DNA from: a virus
Taxonomy: Duplodnaviria; Caudoviricetes
IMG/VR virus record: IMGVR_UViG_3300017700_000412
Coordinates: 1 to 24,227 of that record
Direction: 5' to 3' (one strand)
Length of the DNA stretch: 24,227 bases
Below are positions 7,227 to 15,444 of this stretch, one piece after another; position 1 is the stretch's first letter; each line of letters opens with the position of its first letter. Under the pieces are notes generated by a model. The model saw only the letters and a program-made list of their open reading frames with translations, did not search any database and had not been told where the DNA came from. A program made the position numbers and the translations under genes.

Positions 7227-8444
7227 ATGCAAGATGAAGCACAACCGGTGAAGCTTGCCGACATCAACAAAGCGCCTGCGCTGGTCAACCAGGACCAGAA
7301 AATCGACATGTTCTCATCGCGTGGTTTCGACCTGGCCCAGCGCATCGCCCGCGCCTTTTCGACCAGTGACGCGGTGCCGGCCTGCTTCCAGGCGCAGATC
7401 GCGAAGAAGGTCAAGGGGGTCGTGGTCGAATGGCTGGACAACCCGTCCGCGCTGGGTAACTGCCTGATCGCCATCGAGACGGCGCAGGCTGTCGGCATGT
7501 CCATTACGGCAGTGATGCAGAACGCCAATATCATCGAAGGCAAGCTGTCCTGGTCCGGCAAGTTCGTGATCGCGGCCGTCAACGCCTCGCGCCGGTTCAC
7601 GCCGCTGCGTTTCGACGTGCTGGAGCAAGGCACCATCAAGGCCAGCTACAAGGAAAAGGACGGCTGGAACGATGCCAAGAAAAAGTTCGACATGATCACC
7701 CACACCATCGAACTGGAAAACATCGTGTGCCGGGCCTGGGCGCTGCCGCATGGCATGGCCTTCCCGCCGAACGTCAACACGCTGGCGCAGGCAATTGCGG
7801 CCGGCCTGCCGGTCATCCAGGGTCCACCCGTGAGCATGAAGATGGCCGTGGAAGAAGGTTGGTACGCCAAGCCCGGCAGCAAGTGGCAGACCGAAATGAA
7901 ATACCTGATGCTCATGTACCGCTCTGGTGCCTACTTCGGCAATATCCACGCGCCTGACGTTGTCATGGGCATGGGCCGCACCACCGAGGAACACGAAGAC
8001 ACCACCATCGAAGTTTCGCGCCAAGCTGACGGCGTGTATGCGGCCACCAACCTGGACGAACTGCGCAGCACCCAGCCGCAGCAGGAACGTCACAAGGATG
8101 CCGAAACCGTGGTGGTTAAGGACATGCAGCCGGAAGTAGTCGAGCCGGAAGCCGAAGCCACGCCAGCCGCAGACAAGCCGAAGAACGAGATTGTTTCGCA
8201 GGAAGTGCACGCCGCATACGAAAGCGTGGCCGCGCAAATCCAGAAGGCGCTGAGCTTGGACGCCTTGGCCGAAGCCGCGGACCTGATCCAGACGGTTGGC
8301 TCTGCCGCTCTGCGCGCCGAACTGGGCTCCATGTACAAAGCCAACCTCGAAAGCCTGAGCGATCCAAAGCCAGCGCAGGCCGAAGAGAAAGCAGCGCCGG
8401 CCAAGCGCCGGCTAAGGTCAGGGGCCGTCCTGGCACCAGAATAA
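7227..8444 (+). CDS. Single-strand annealing recombinase, RecT-like, with long acidic C-terminal tail
   Basis: VP..F...NCLIA...A...GM....VMQN...I.GK.SW, MA..EGW..K.GSKW.T....ML.YR...FG....PDV.MG. Follows the exonuclease. Confidence 0.75.
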   Translation: MQDEAQPVKLADINKAPALVNQDQKIDMFSSRGFDLAQRIARAFSTSDAVPACFQAQIAKKVKGVVVEWLDNPSALGNCLIAIETAQAVGMSITAVMQNANIIEGKLSWSGKFVIAAVNASRRFTPLRFDVLEQGTIKASYKEKDGWNDAKKKFDMITHTIELENIVCRAWALPHGMAFPPNVNTLAQAIAAGLPVIQGPPVSMKMAVEEGWYAKPGSKWQTEMKYLMLMYRSGAYFGNIHAPDVVMGMGRTTEEHEDTTIEVSRQADGVYAATNLDELRSTQPQQERHKDAETVVVKDMQPEVVEPEAEATPAADKPKNEIVSQEVHAAYESVAAQIQKALSLDALAEAADLIQTVGSAALRAELGSMYKANLESLSDPKPAQAEEKAAPAKRRLRSGAVLAPE

Positions 8445-8474
8445 GTTTTACCCACCCACCCAAGAAAGGCACCT

Positions 8475-9191
8475 ATGTCCCTCGACATTTTCCAACTGGT
8501 GAAGGAGCGCTGCTTGCTCTCAAACCTGAACGTGCGCACCGAAATGCACGGCGATGAGCGCGAGCCGGCCGTTGATCTGAATTTCGAATTCAGCGGCGCC
8601 AACAACCTGCTCCTGAAGTTGCACCCGGACCTGCGCGGCGCGTTCTACCGCGCCGACGATACCAAAGACCTGGCCACGCCGGACCACATGCCGCACCTGC
8701 GCTTCCCGCTGCTGGGCACGATTTCCTGGGACTTGGAAATTCCGCGCACCCGGCTGCGCATCCATGACGTGGACGATCCTGCCAATGACGTGGTGCTGGG
8801 CGGCGGCAAAACCAACAAGTTCAAGCTGACCATGCTTGACGGCGGCACGGTGAAGTGGCATTTTCGCTGCCAGTTCTCGAAGCCCGACGAAGACAGCATC
8901 GCCAAGCTCATGCGCGTGCTGAACCAGGCGGTGCCGGTCAGCCTGGAATGCGCCGACGAAGAAGTAAAGCCGGATAACTTCGAGCAGGCAGAGCAGGCCG
9001 GCAAGGCGCCGATGAGCGAAGCACGCGAGAAGGCGGAAAGCCTGTTCGACGCACCGGCCAGCACGCTGGAATTGTCGCCTGATGATGTTGTTGACGCCAC
9101 CTATATCCCGGAGCCTGCAACCAACGTCGAGCCGATCACCAAAGCCAAGCGCGGCGGCCGTAAGGTTGCCGGCGCCCTGGCAATCGAATAA
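8475..9191 (+). CDS. Conserved phage hypothetical protein
   Basis: LNVRTE.HGDE.EPAVDL motif, RBS AAAGG, strongly biased codons. Confidence 0.75.
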   Translation: MSLDIFQLVKERCLLSNLNVRTEMHGDEREPAVDLNFEFSGANNLLLKLHPDLRGAFYRADDTKDLATPDHMPHLRFPLLGTISWDLEIPRTRLRIHDVDDPANDVVLGGGKTNKFKLTMLDGGTVKWHFRCQFSKPDEDSIAKLMRVLNQAVPVSLECADEEVKPDNFEQAEQAGKAPMSEAREKAESLFDAPASTLELSPDDVVDATYIPEPATNVEPITKAKRGGRKVAGALAIE

Positions 9192-9679
9192 TGGGAACGC
9201 CTATTCCCATTTCCGTTAGGTTCTGGCCGAAGGTCGAAAAAACGCCGACTTGCTGGAACTGGACGGCCTTTAAAGACAAGAATGGTTATGGGCAAATCGG
9301 GAGCGGGGATAGGTCAAAACATGAATATTCTCACCGTGTCTCATATGTTCTTGCCTACGGCGAAATACCAAAAGGTATGCATGTGTTGCACAAATGCGAT
9401 AACCCATCATGCGTGCGCCCAGATCATTTGTTTCTAGGCACCCATGTGGACAACATGCAAGATATGACGAAAAAGGGCCGAGGAAAGCAAATTGCGGCGG
9501 GTAGAAAAGGCGAAACAAACGGCAACCACCGCCTGACTACCGATCAAGTAGTGGAGATTAAGAAGGGGCTTGCCAAAGGCGAATCGCAACGAGAAATGGC
9601 AAGGAAATTTGGCGTTTCAAAAACTTTGATTTATTACATCAAGCTCGGAAAAACCTGGGCCCATATAACGGGAGAATGA
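9191..9679 (+). CDS. Freestanding HNH homing endonuclease with C-terminal HTH
   Basis: RFW.KV.K...CW.W......GYG, HR.SY....G.IP.G..VLH.CDNP.CV.P.HLFLGT..DN..D, then LT...V..I...Q...A..FGVS. Low GC. Confidence 0.92.
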   Translation: MGTPIPISVRFWPKVEKTPTCWNWTAFKDKNGYGQIGSGDRSKHEYSHRVSYVLAYGEIPKGMHVLHKCDNPSCVRPDHLFLGTHVDNMQDMTKKGRGKQIAAGRKGETNGNHRLTTDQVVEIKKGLAKGESQREMARKFGVSKTLIYYIKLGKTWAHITGE

Positions 9680-9680
9680 A

Positions 9681-11459
9681 TTGAAAATCACGCGGATACA
9701 AATTGATAATGTGCTTGGCGTCAAAAGCGTTGACGTAAAACTGGGAACCGGCATCACGCTGTTTTGTGGCCGGAATGGATCATCGAAAAGTAGTATTCAG
9801 GAGGCCGTGCGCATGGCCATCACACAAGACTGCGTGCGCGATGTGAACCTGAAGAAAGAATTCGCCGCCCTGGTGCACGAAGGCGAAAAGGCGGGCGGCG
9901 CCCAGATCATCATCGACGGCGATCTTGACAAGTCATTCGCGTTCAACATGCCCAAGGGCGACTTTACCGGTCCCGAGATTACCGAATCGATGCGGGTGGC
10001 CCTGTACGGCCAGCGCTTCGCCAAGATGAAGCCGGACGAGCGCCGCACCTTCCTGTTCGGCCTGACCAAGCTCAAGCCCACGGCCGAAGGCGTCAAGGCG
10101 CGCATGCTCGAACAGAAATGGGGCTGCGAGGAAGCCAAGGTTGACGCCGTGCTGCCGCTGCTGCGCACTGGCTTTCCCAGTGTGTGCGAGCATGCCAAGG
10201 CCAAGGCCACGGAAGCCAAGGGCGCATGGCGTGCGCTGACCGGCGAAACCTACGGCGCGGTCAAGGCACCGGCATGGGAAGCCCAATTACCGGAACTGGT
10301 CGAAGGCGACAGCGCCGCGCTGGCCGCCAAGGTGGCCGCGCTCGACAAGAATATCGCTACCATGAACGAGTCGCTGGGCAGCATCAAGTCCACGGCGCGG
10401 GCGGCGGTGGAAGCGGCTACCAAGCGCTCTGCTCTGGAAGTGAGCGCATCGAAGGTTGCCGACCTGGTCGCGCAGCTGGACAAGGCTAAGGGCGACCTGG
10501 CGGAATATGAGCCCACCGTGGTGGCGCTGCGCGGGCGCGCCGCTGGAACTGCTCGCGTCGGGCTGGTGCATGACATGGCGAGTTTTCTTGCCGAATTGAG
10601 TTGCGGAGTATCAACAACTTCGCTTGATCGTGATGCCCTGATCCAGCGCTACACGAAAGAATACGGCGCGCTGGGCAACAAGGTGGACACCGAAGCACAG
10701 GCCAGCCTACCCGAGCACGAAAAAGGCTTGCTGGTGATGCAGAACCGCGCCAAGAACCTCCAGCGCGATCTGGACGCAGCCACGCAGGCCAAGGCCCAAT
10801 ACGACGCTCTGGCGCCCGCTGGCGAAGCCGTGGACGCATCGGCAGAGCTTTCCGAGGTCGAGCAGATGCTGTCCACGGCCAAAGCAGACCGCCAGGCAGC
10901 CGAGAATGCGCGGTTGAACATCGAAGCGGCAATCCGGAACAGCAAGCAGGCAGCGGATAAGACCAAGGCCGCGCTGGCGCACCACAACGATGTTGCCGCC
11001 TGGACCAAGGTTGCCGATGCGCTGGCGCCGGACGGCATCCCAGCTGAAATGCTGCTGGCTGCGCTGGCTCCTGTCAACGCCGCGCTGGAACAGGCCGCCA
11101 TTGATACCGACTGGATGCAGGTGAAGATCGGCGCGGACATGGCCATCACCGCGGCAGGGCGCCCGTATGCGCTGCTGAGCGAGTCGGAGCAATGGCGCGT
11201 CGATGCGATGGTGGCCCAGGTCGTTGCCGAAATCTCGGGCCTGAAAATCCTGATGCTGGACCGGGTGGACGTGCTGGACCTTCCGGGGCGCGTGGAACTG
11301 TTCGGCTGGATGGACGCGCTGGCCTTCAATAACGTGCTGGACACCGCGCTGCTGTTCGCCACCTTGAAGGCGCCACCGGAAGGCCTGGCCGATACTGTCA
11401 CGTCCTACTGGGTTGAGAACGGCACCATTGCCGGGCAGCGCCAGCAAGCCGTAGCATGA
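9681..11459 (+). CDS. SMC/Rad50/SbcC-like ABC-ATPase with coiled coil
   Basis: Walker A GRNGSSKSS, central coiled coil, signature LLSESEQWR, Walker B-like ILMLDRVDVLD. TTG start after GGAG. Confidence 0.85.
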   Translation: MKITRIQIDNVLGVKSVDVKLGTGITLFCGRNGSSKSSIQEAVRMAITQDCVRDVNLKKEFAALVHEGEKAGGAQIIIDGDLDKSFAFNMPKGDFTGPEITESMRVALYGQRFAKMKPDERRTFLFGLTKLKPTAEGVKARMLEQKWGCEEAKVDAVLPLLRTGFPSVCEHAKAKATEAKGAWRALTGETYGAVKAPAWEAQLPELVEGDSAALAAKVAALDKNIATMNESLGSIKSTARAAVEAATKRSALEVSASKVADLVAQLDKAKGDLAEYEPTVVALRGRAAGTARVGLVHDMASFLAELSCGVSTTSLDRDALIQRYTKEYGALGNKVDTEAQASLPEHEKGLLVMQNRAKNLQRDLDAATQAKAQYDALAPAGEAVDASAELSEVEQMLSTAKADRQAAENARLNIEAAIRNSKQAADKTKAALAHHNDVAAWTKVADALAPDGIPAEMLLAALAPVNAALEQAAIDTDWMQVKIGADMAITAAGRPYALLSESEQWRVDAMVAQVVAEISGLKILMLDRVDVLDLPGRVELFGWMDALAFNNVLDTALLFATLKAPPEGLADTVTSYWVENGTIAGQRQQAVA

Positions 11460-11686
11460 AGTGCCACGGAATACGGCGCCTGACTGCTGCCGAGCGTGCA
11501 GCGCGTGACGAAGCCTATGCCCTGCGTTATGACGCTGTGTATGCGCAGGCGGAAGCGGAAGAGCGCGAAGAGTACGAAAAACAGTTCGGTCCTACCTATC
11601 GAGCCAAGTATCCTTTCAAGACCGATGGTGTGCGGTTGCACGAAAAGGTCATTGCAAGGATCAAGGCAGAGCAGGCAATGGAATAA
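11456..11686 (+). CDS. Hypothetical protein
   Basis: 76 aa, ATGA overlap with the ATPase gene. Confidence 0.65.
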   Translation: MKCHGIRRLTAAERAARDEAYALRYDAVYAQAEAEEREEYEKQFGPTYRAKYPFKTDGVRLHEKVIARIKAEQAME

Positions 11687-11729
11687 ATCAACGGCGCCGG
11701 CCACTTGCTGGCGCCCAAAGGCGATACAC

Positions 11730-12971
11730 ATGGAAGACAAAAATAAACAGGAGGCCGCCACTGCCCCCGCCCTGCAAGTAGAAGCGCAACCAGCGAGCGA
11801 CCGCATGCGCGAACTGGAATGCGTTATTGCGGACCTGACCGCCGAATGCAAAGAGCTTCGTGCCGCCCGCCCTGCACCAGAAGTAGAGGTGAGCGAGAGC
11901 GTGGCAAGCAATGAATTCCTTGGCAAGTTGCTTGCATGGATTAATGTCCGGCACGACAGGACTAAGGATGAAGCTGCCTATAACGCCATCATCGACCACA
12001 TCCACGAATGGCACGCTGCACTCGCCGCCCGCCAGCCGGTTGCTGCGGTAGAGGTGGGCGATAGCATCGACACGCCAGCTTTTCGCAACATGCTGGCCAC
12101 ATGGTCCGCGCATAACGAAGACTGGCGCATTCGCCACGCTTCGGAGTCGATGGATCACATCATCGACCACATCCACGTATGGCACACCTGCAAGGTTTTA
12201 CCCTTCGAAGCCAAGATAGAAAAACTTGAGCGCGACTGCTGTAACTGGGATTTAACCTGCTCCACCCAGGCGCTGGAAATCGACTACCTCAAGGAGCAGG
12301 CCCGCACTCCCGCGCCAGCAAGCGACAGCGCAGTGGATGTGCCTGTGGAACATTATGCCGACCATTACTATGACCCGCTACACTTGCTTGAGTACTTGCA
12401 CTCAAACATCGGGTGGCAAGGAACAGTCGGCCTGCACATACAGGTTAACGATGGACTTCTCGCACGCTTCATGGCGGTATTCAAGCGGGACCGCGCCGCC
12501 CGCCAATCCCCTGCTGCGCCAGCCGAGGTGAAAAACGCTTCTCGTTCAAGCCGTGATGGAATCGAAACAAAATGGCTGATCGAGCGCAAAGCGGCGCGCA
12601 CAAAAGACGCGATGTGGTGGAAAGGTGGCGGCAGCTTTGCTGATTTGCGTAGCGATATCGGCTGGACTTCAAATGCCGATGAAGCAATCAAATTCGATGA
12701 TGCTCCAAGCGCTACAACGGGCATGGACAAACAGTTGATTATCGATGGATTTCGCACCAGCAAATCGCGGGAATACATCATTGAAGAAATAACAATCACA
12801 GAACACATGTGGCTTGCCCCTGCCGCGCCAGTTGGCAGTATCGAACCGACCGACGAGCAACTTATGCGCCTTGCGGGTGACATGAAGCAACGCAACGCTG
12901 GTGTGTGGCCAGGTGATGTTGCCTTCGCACGCGCCTGCATCGACCTTGCCATGAAAGGGCAGACACCATGA
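11730..12971 (+). CDS. Modular mosaic phage protein with internal duplication
   Basis: Start reassigned to ATG at 11730 (RBS AAAGG). Short modules separated by AARPAP/ARTPAP/AAPA linkers. Confidence 0.7.
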   Translation: MEDKNKQEAATAPALQVEAQPASDRMRELECVIADLTAECKELRAARPAPEVEVSESVASNEFLGKLLAWINVRHDRTKDEAAYNAIIDHIHEWHAALAARQPVAAVEVGDSIDTPAFRNMLATWSAHNEDWRIRHASESMDHIIDHIHVWHTCKVLPFEAKIEKLERDCCNWDLTCSTQALEIDYLKEQARTPAPASDSAVDVPVEHYADHYYDPLHLLEYLHSNIGWQGTVGLHIQVNDGLLARFMAVFKRDRAARQSPAAPAEVKNASRSSRDGIETKWLIERKAARTKDAMWWKGGGSFADLRSDIGWTSNADEAIKFDDAPSATTGMDKQLIIDGFRTSKSREYIIEEITITEHMWLAPAAPVGSIEPTDEQLMRLAGDMKQRNAGVWPGDVAFARACIDLAMKGQTP

Positions 12972-13534
12972 GCGCCCTTACCACCCTGAAAGCGCTGGCA
13001 CTGGCTGCCACGCCAGGAAAATGGGAAGCCAAGCCGCATGGCCGAATTATTGGCGGGCCGATGCGGCACTACGTCAATGGGAGTGCGCAAGCGCAAATAG
13101 CCGCGTGTAGCGTCACATTTCACGATCAGGCACCAGACGATGAGCCTGAGCGGCAGCAGTGCAATGCCGATTTTATTGCGGCGTGCTCGCCCGAAACGAT
13201 CATCTCGCTGATCGCCACTATCGAAGCGCTCACCGCTCACCCCACTCAGCCAACTACCAGCAGCGTGCCGATGAGCGTCAAGCAGTTTGATGGCTACGCT
13301 TGTGCAGGAGTAGCCCGATCACTCGTCGCTCCCTCTGCGCCCGACCTGACCGAGCGTGCGGCTGACCTGGGCGTGCGGGATGCGGCGCTGGAAGAGGCGG
13401 CGCAATACCATGAAAAGAAGAAGCGCGAAACGAGTGGAAGCCGGTATTGTTGGGTGCATCATGAAAGTGCTGACGCTATCCGCGCCCTTCGCTCCCAGCC
13501 TGTATCAGAACCGAAAGGAACTGACAATGCCTAA
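12968..13534 (+). CDS. Ead/Ea22-like protein
   Basis: LKALALAATPGKW...NADFIAACSPETIISLI hallmark, and C-terminal RDAALEEAA...ADAIRAL. Confidence 0.8.
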   Translation: MSALTTLKALALAATPGKWEAKPHGRIIGGPMRHYVNGSAQAQIAACSVTFHDQAPDDEPERQQCNADFIAACSPETIISLIATIEALTAHPTQPTTSSVPMSVKQFDGYACAGVARSLVAPSAPDLTERAADLGVRDAALEEAAQYHEKKKRETSGSRYCWVHHESADAIRALRSQPVSEPKGTDNA

Positions 13535-13742
13535 CATTCACAAATTCACCATCTACAACAGCGGCGCGCCGATCATCATCAATCTCGACAAGGCGCTGAC
13601 CATCGAGCCTACAGAGTACAAAGAAGCGCGCTGCATTATCCGGCTCGGCACGAACGGCTGCGGCGAAGACTTGGACTACTACGTGCGCGAAAGCTTCGAC
13701 TACGTTTCAAGTTTGATTGCACCGAAAGGAGAGCAGCAATGA
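13527..13742 (+). CDS. Small protein resembling the FlbD/SwrD fold
   Basis: ATG at 13527 after AAAGGA. KFT....G.PI.INLD....IE.......I.L.......Y.VRES...V..LI. Confidence 0.55.
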   Translation: MPNIHKFTIYNSGAPIIINLDKALTIEPTEYKEARCIIRLGTNGCGEDLDYYVRESFDYVSSLIAPKGEQQ

Positions 13743-14119
13743 GAAACGTCACTCAGGACTACTTTCGCCGCAAACTGGGAATTATTCTCCGTGACCTGTC
13801 GAGTTATGATCCACAGGAAATGGCCCGCGCCTTAGTCCGGCTGGCGAAAACTGCCGACGAAGCCGAAGCCATCAAAGAAGCCGCCCCCACCATCGCGCCA
13901 GATACCGGCGAACTGGAGAAGCTGCGCGAGGCGCTGACGGGCGCACTGGCAGTGATCGAGGATTATCTCGACTACGAACACAACGGCGACCCGTGGACGG
14001 AAGATGCGCGAGCCATGGGCGAAATGGATATCAACGACTACAAGCACGATGGCCGATTGGATGCTGCACGCGCTGCCCTTGCCCCTATCGCGCAACAGAA
14101 GGAGCAAGGCAATGGCTGA
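13739..14119 (+). CDS. Hypothetical protein
   Basis: 126 aa, RBS GGAG, overlapped start and stop. Confidence 0.7.
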   Translation: MRNVTQDYFRRKLGIILRDLSSYDPQEMARALVRLAKTADEAEAIKEAAPTIAPDTGELEKLREALTGALAVIEDYLDYEHNGDPWTEDARAMGEMDINDYKHDGRLDAARAALAPIAQQKEQGNG

Positions 14120-14441
14120 CCGCGAACTGCTGGAACTGGCGGCGAAGGCTGCGGGCATGGGTGACGGCGAATATTGTGAGCCAAACCATGAGCCTGCGAT
14201 TTATTTCAAGCCGTGCATCTTCTGGAGCCCGCTCACCGACGACGGCGATGCGCTGCGGCTGGCGGTGAAGTTGCAACTGGTGATCATGCATGCAATCAAC
14301 TGCGCCGCCGTTACCCGCGATGACCTGCTTGACCAGATCGAGCGTTACAACGGTGATCCTTGCGCTGCTACGCGCCGCGCCATCGTCCGCGCTGCTGCCG
14401 CTATTGGCAGGTCAGAGAGCCAAGCGGGAGGGGTGGCGTGA
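14112..14441 (+). CDS. Conserved phage hypothetical protein (DRELLELAAKAAG family)
   Basis: MADRELLELAAKAAG...W.PLTDDGDALRLAVKL...ATRRAIVRAAA.IG. Confidence 0.85.
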   Translation: MADRELLELAAKAAGMGDGEYCEPNHEPAIYFKPCIFWSPLTDDGDALRLAVKLQLVIMHAINCAAVTRDDLLDQIERYNGDPCAATRRAIVRAAAAIGRSESQAGGVA

Positions 14442-14656
14442 TGCTCGACATTTTACGGGTACTTCGCGCCCACGTGGCACGCAAGTATGGCAAGCAGATA
14501 CGTGCAGCCGAGGCATGGGGAGTAAGCCCGGTATTCGTCTCCCGCGTGCTGTCCGGCCAAAAACAACCAACCGAGGCAATTCTTGCTGATGCTGGTATTC
14601 AGCGGAATATCACATACACATACGTTTTCAAGGACGATCATGACCCATCCCGCTAA
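14441..14656 (+). CDS. Small HTH DNA-binding protein
   Basis: GKQIRAAEAWGVSPVFVSRVLSG.K.P. TGATG overlap. Confidence 0.75.
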   Translation: MLDILRVLRAHVARKYGKQIRAAEAWGVSPVFVSRVLSGQKQPTEAILADAGIQRNITYTYVFKDDHDPSR

Positions 14657-14846
14657 CAAAGCACCAGAGAGCCGAGCAAGCCGTGAAGGCGCGTACTTCG
14701 GTAAGTATCGCCGCCGTCATCGTCGCTGTAATTCCAGTGCGTGGATCGATTCAAAGACCAGCGCCGACTTCATGGCAACCCGCAAAGAACAGCGCCAGCA
14801 CAAGCTGAATCAGAGCTTCATCAAGAGAATACGGAGGACGGCATGA
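14640..14846 (+). CDS. Small basic hypothetical protein
   Basis: ATG at 14640 after AAGGA, Arg/Lys-rich. Confidence 0.5.
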   Translation: MTHPANKAPESRASREGAYFGKYRRRHRRCNSSAWIDSKTSADFMATRKEQRQHKLNQSFIKRIRRTA

Positions 14847-14875
14847 TCGACAAAGCACCAGAGGCAGAGCGTTTG

Positions 14876-14905
14876 GTGCGCAAACAGAAATAGTTGCTGT
14901 AGAAT
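14876..14905 (+). promoter_or_regulatory. Candidate promoter of the moron gene
   Basis: TAGAAT at 14900-14905 with a weak -35 GTGCGC 18 nt upstream. Confidence 0.4.
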
Positions 14906-14957
14906 CACCGCACGGGCCGGATGCCCGACAACCTGAAATACTCAAGGAGCATCAAAA

Positions 14958-15395
14958 ATGAAATCCATCAAAACCACCATCCTGTTTCTGTTCACCTGCC
15001 TGTTCTCCCTGTCGGCCGCTGCTGCTGACCATCCGTGCAGCTTCGTGTCCGACACCGTTACCGGCGACAGCGGCAGCAACAAGGTCTACAACCTCGAAAC
15101 AAAACTGCAAGTGCAATTCGTTCCTGGCTACGTAAAGGTCACGATGCCGAACACCTACACCGTCGAACAGTTCCCCGACGTGACCGGTGCTACGGCCATC
15201 AAGATCAAGGCATCGCAATGCTTCCAGCAGCGCTATGCCCAGGTTACTACGTCGCTGTTCTTCAACGTCACCGGCGATTCGACCACGGTCAACTGTCACA
15301 CGTCGGGCACGGTGGTGGGCGTATCGACCGGCAGCGGCCTGAACTATGCAGACGGTTGCGCGGGTCACGCCAGCGCGAAGGCGAAGGCCAACTGA
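14958..15395 (+). CDS. Secreted beta-rich protein of unknown function (moron)
   Basis: RBS AAGGAG. Sec signal MKSIKTTILFLFTCLFSLSAAAA. Four Cys in the mature part. Own terminator. Confidence 0.85.
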   Translation: MKSIKTTILFLFTCLFSLSAAAADHPCSFVSDTVTGDSGSNKVYNLETKLQVQFVPGYVKVTMPNTYTVEQFPDVTGATAIKIKASQCFQQRYAQVTTSLFFNVTGDSTTVNCHTSGTVVGVSTGSGLNYADGCAGHASAKAKAN

Positions 15396-15415
15396 CAGGC
15401 CGACTTCCCGAAAGG

Positions 15416-15443
15416 AAAAGCCCGCGCAGTGCGGGCTTTTTTT
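15416..15443. terminator. Bidirectional intrinsic terminator
   Basis: AAAAGCCCGC-GCAGT-GCGGGCTTTTTTT between convergent genes. Confidence 0.9.
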
Positions 15444-15444
15444 A

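Noticed and set aside
11496-11729. N-terminal extension of the 491-aa ORF
   Set aside because: Overlaps the 76-aa gene and a hairpin. The ATG at 11730 has an RBS.
11987-12185. Repeat pair as a DGR template/variable region or CRISPR repeats
   Set aside because: Only two 28-nt copies, in frame within one gene, with no reverse transcriptase or cas operon in the window.
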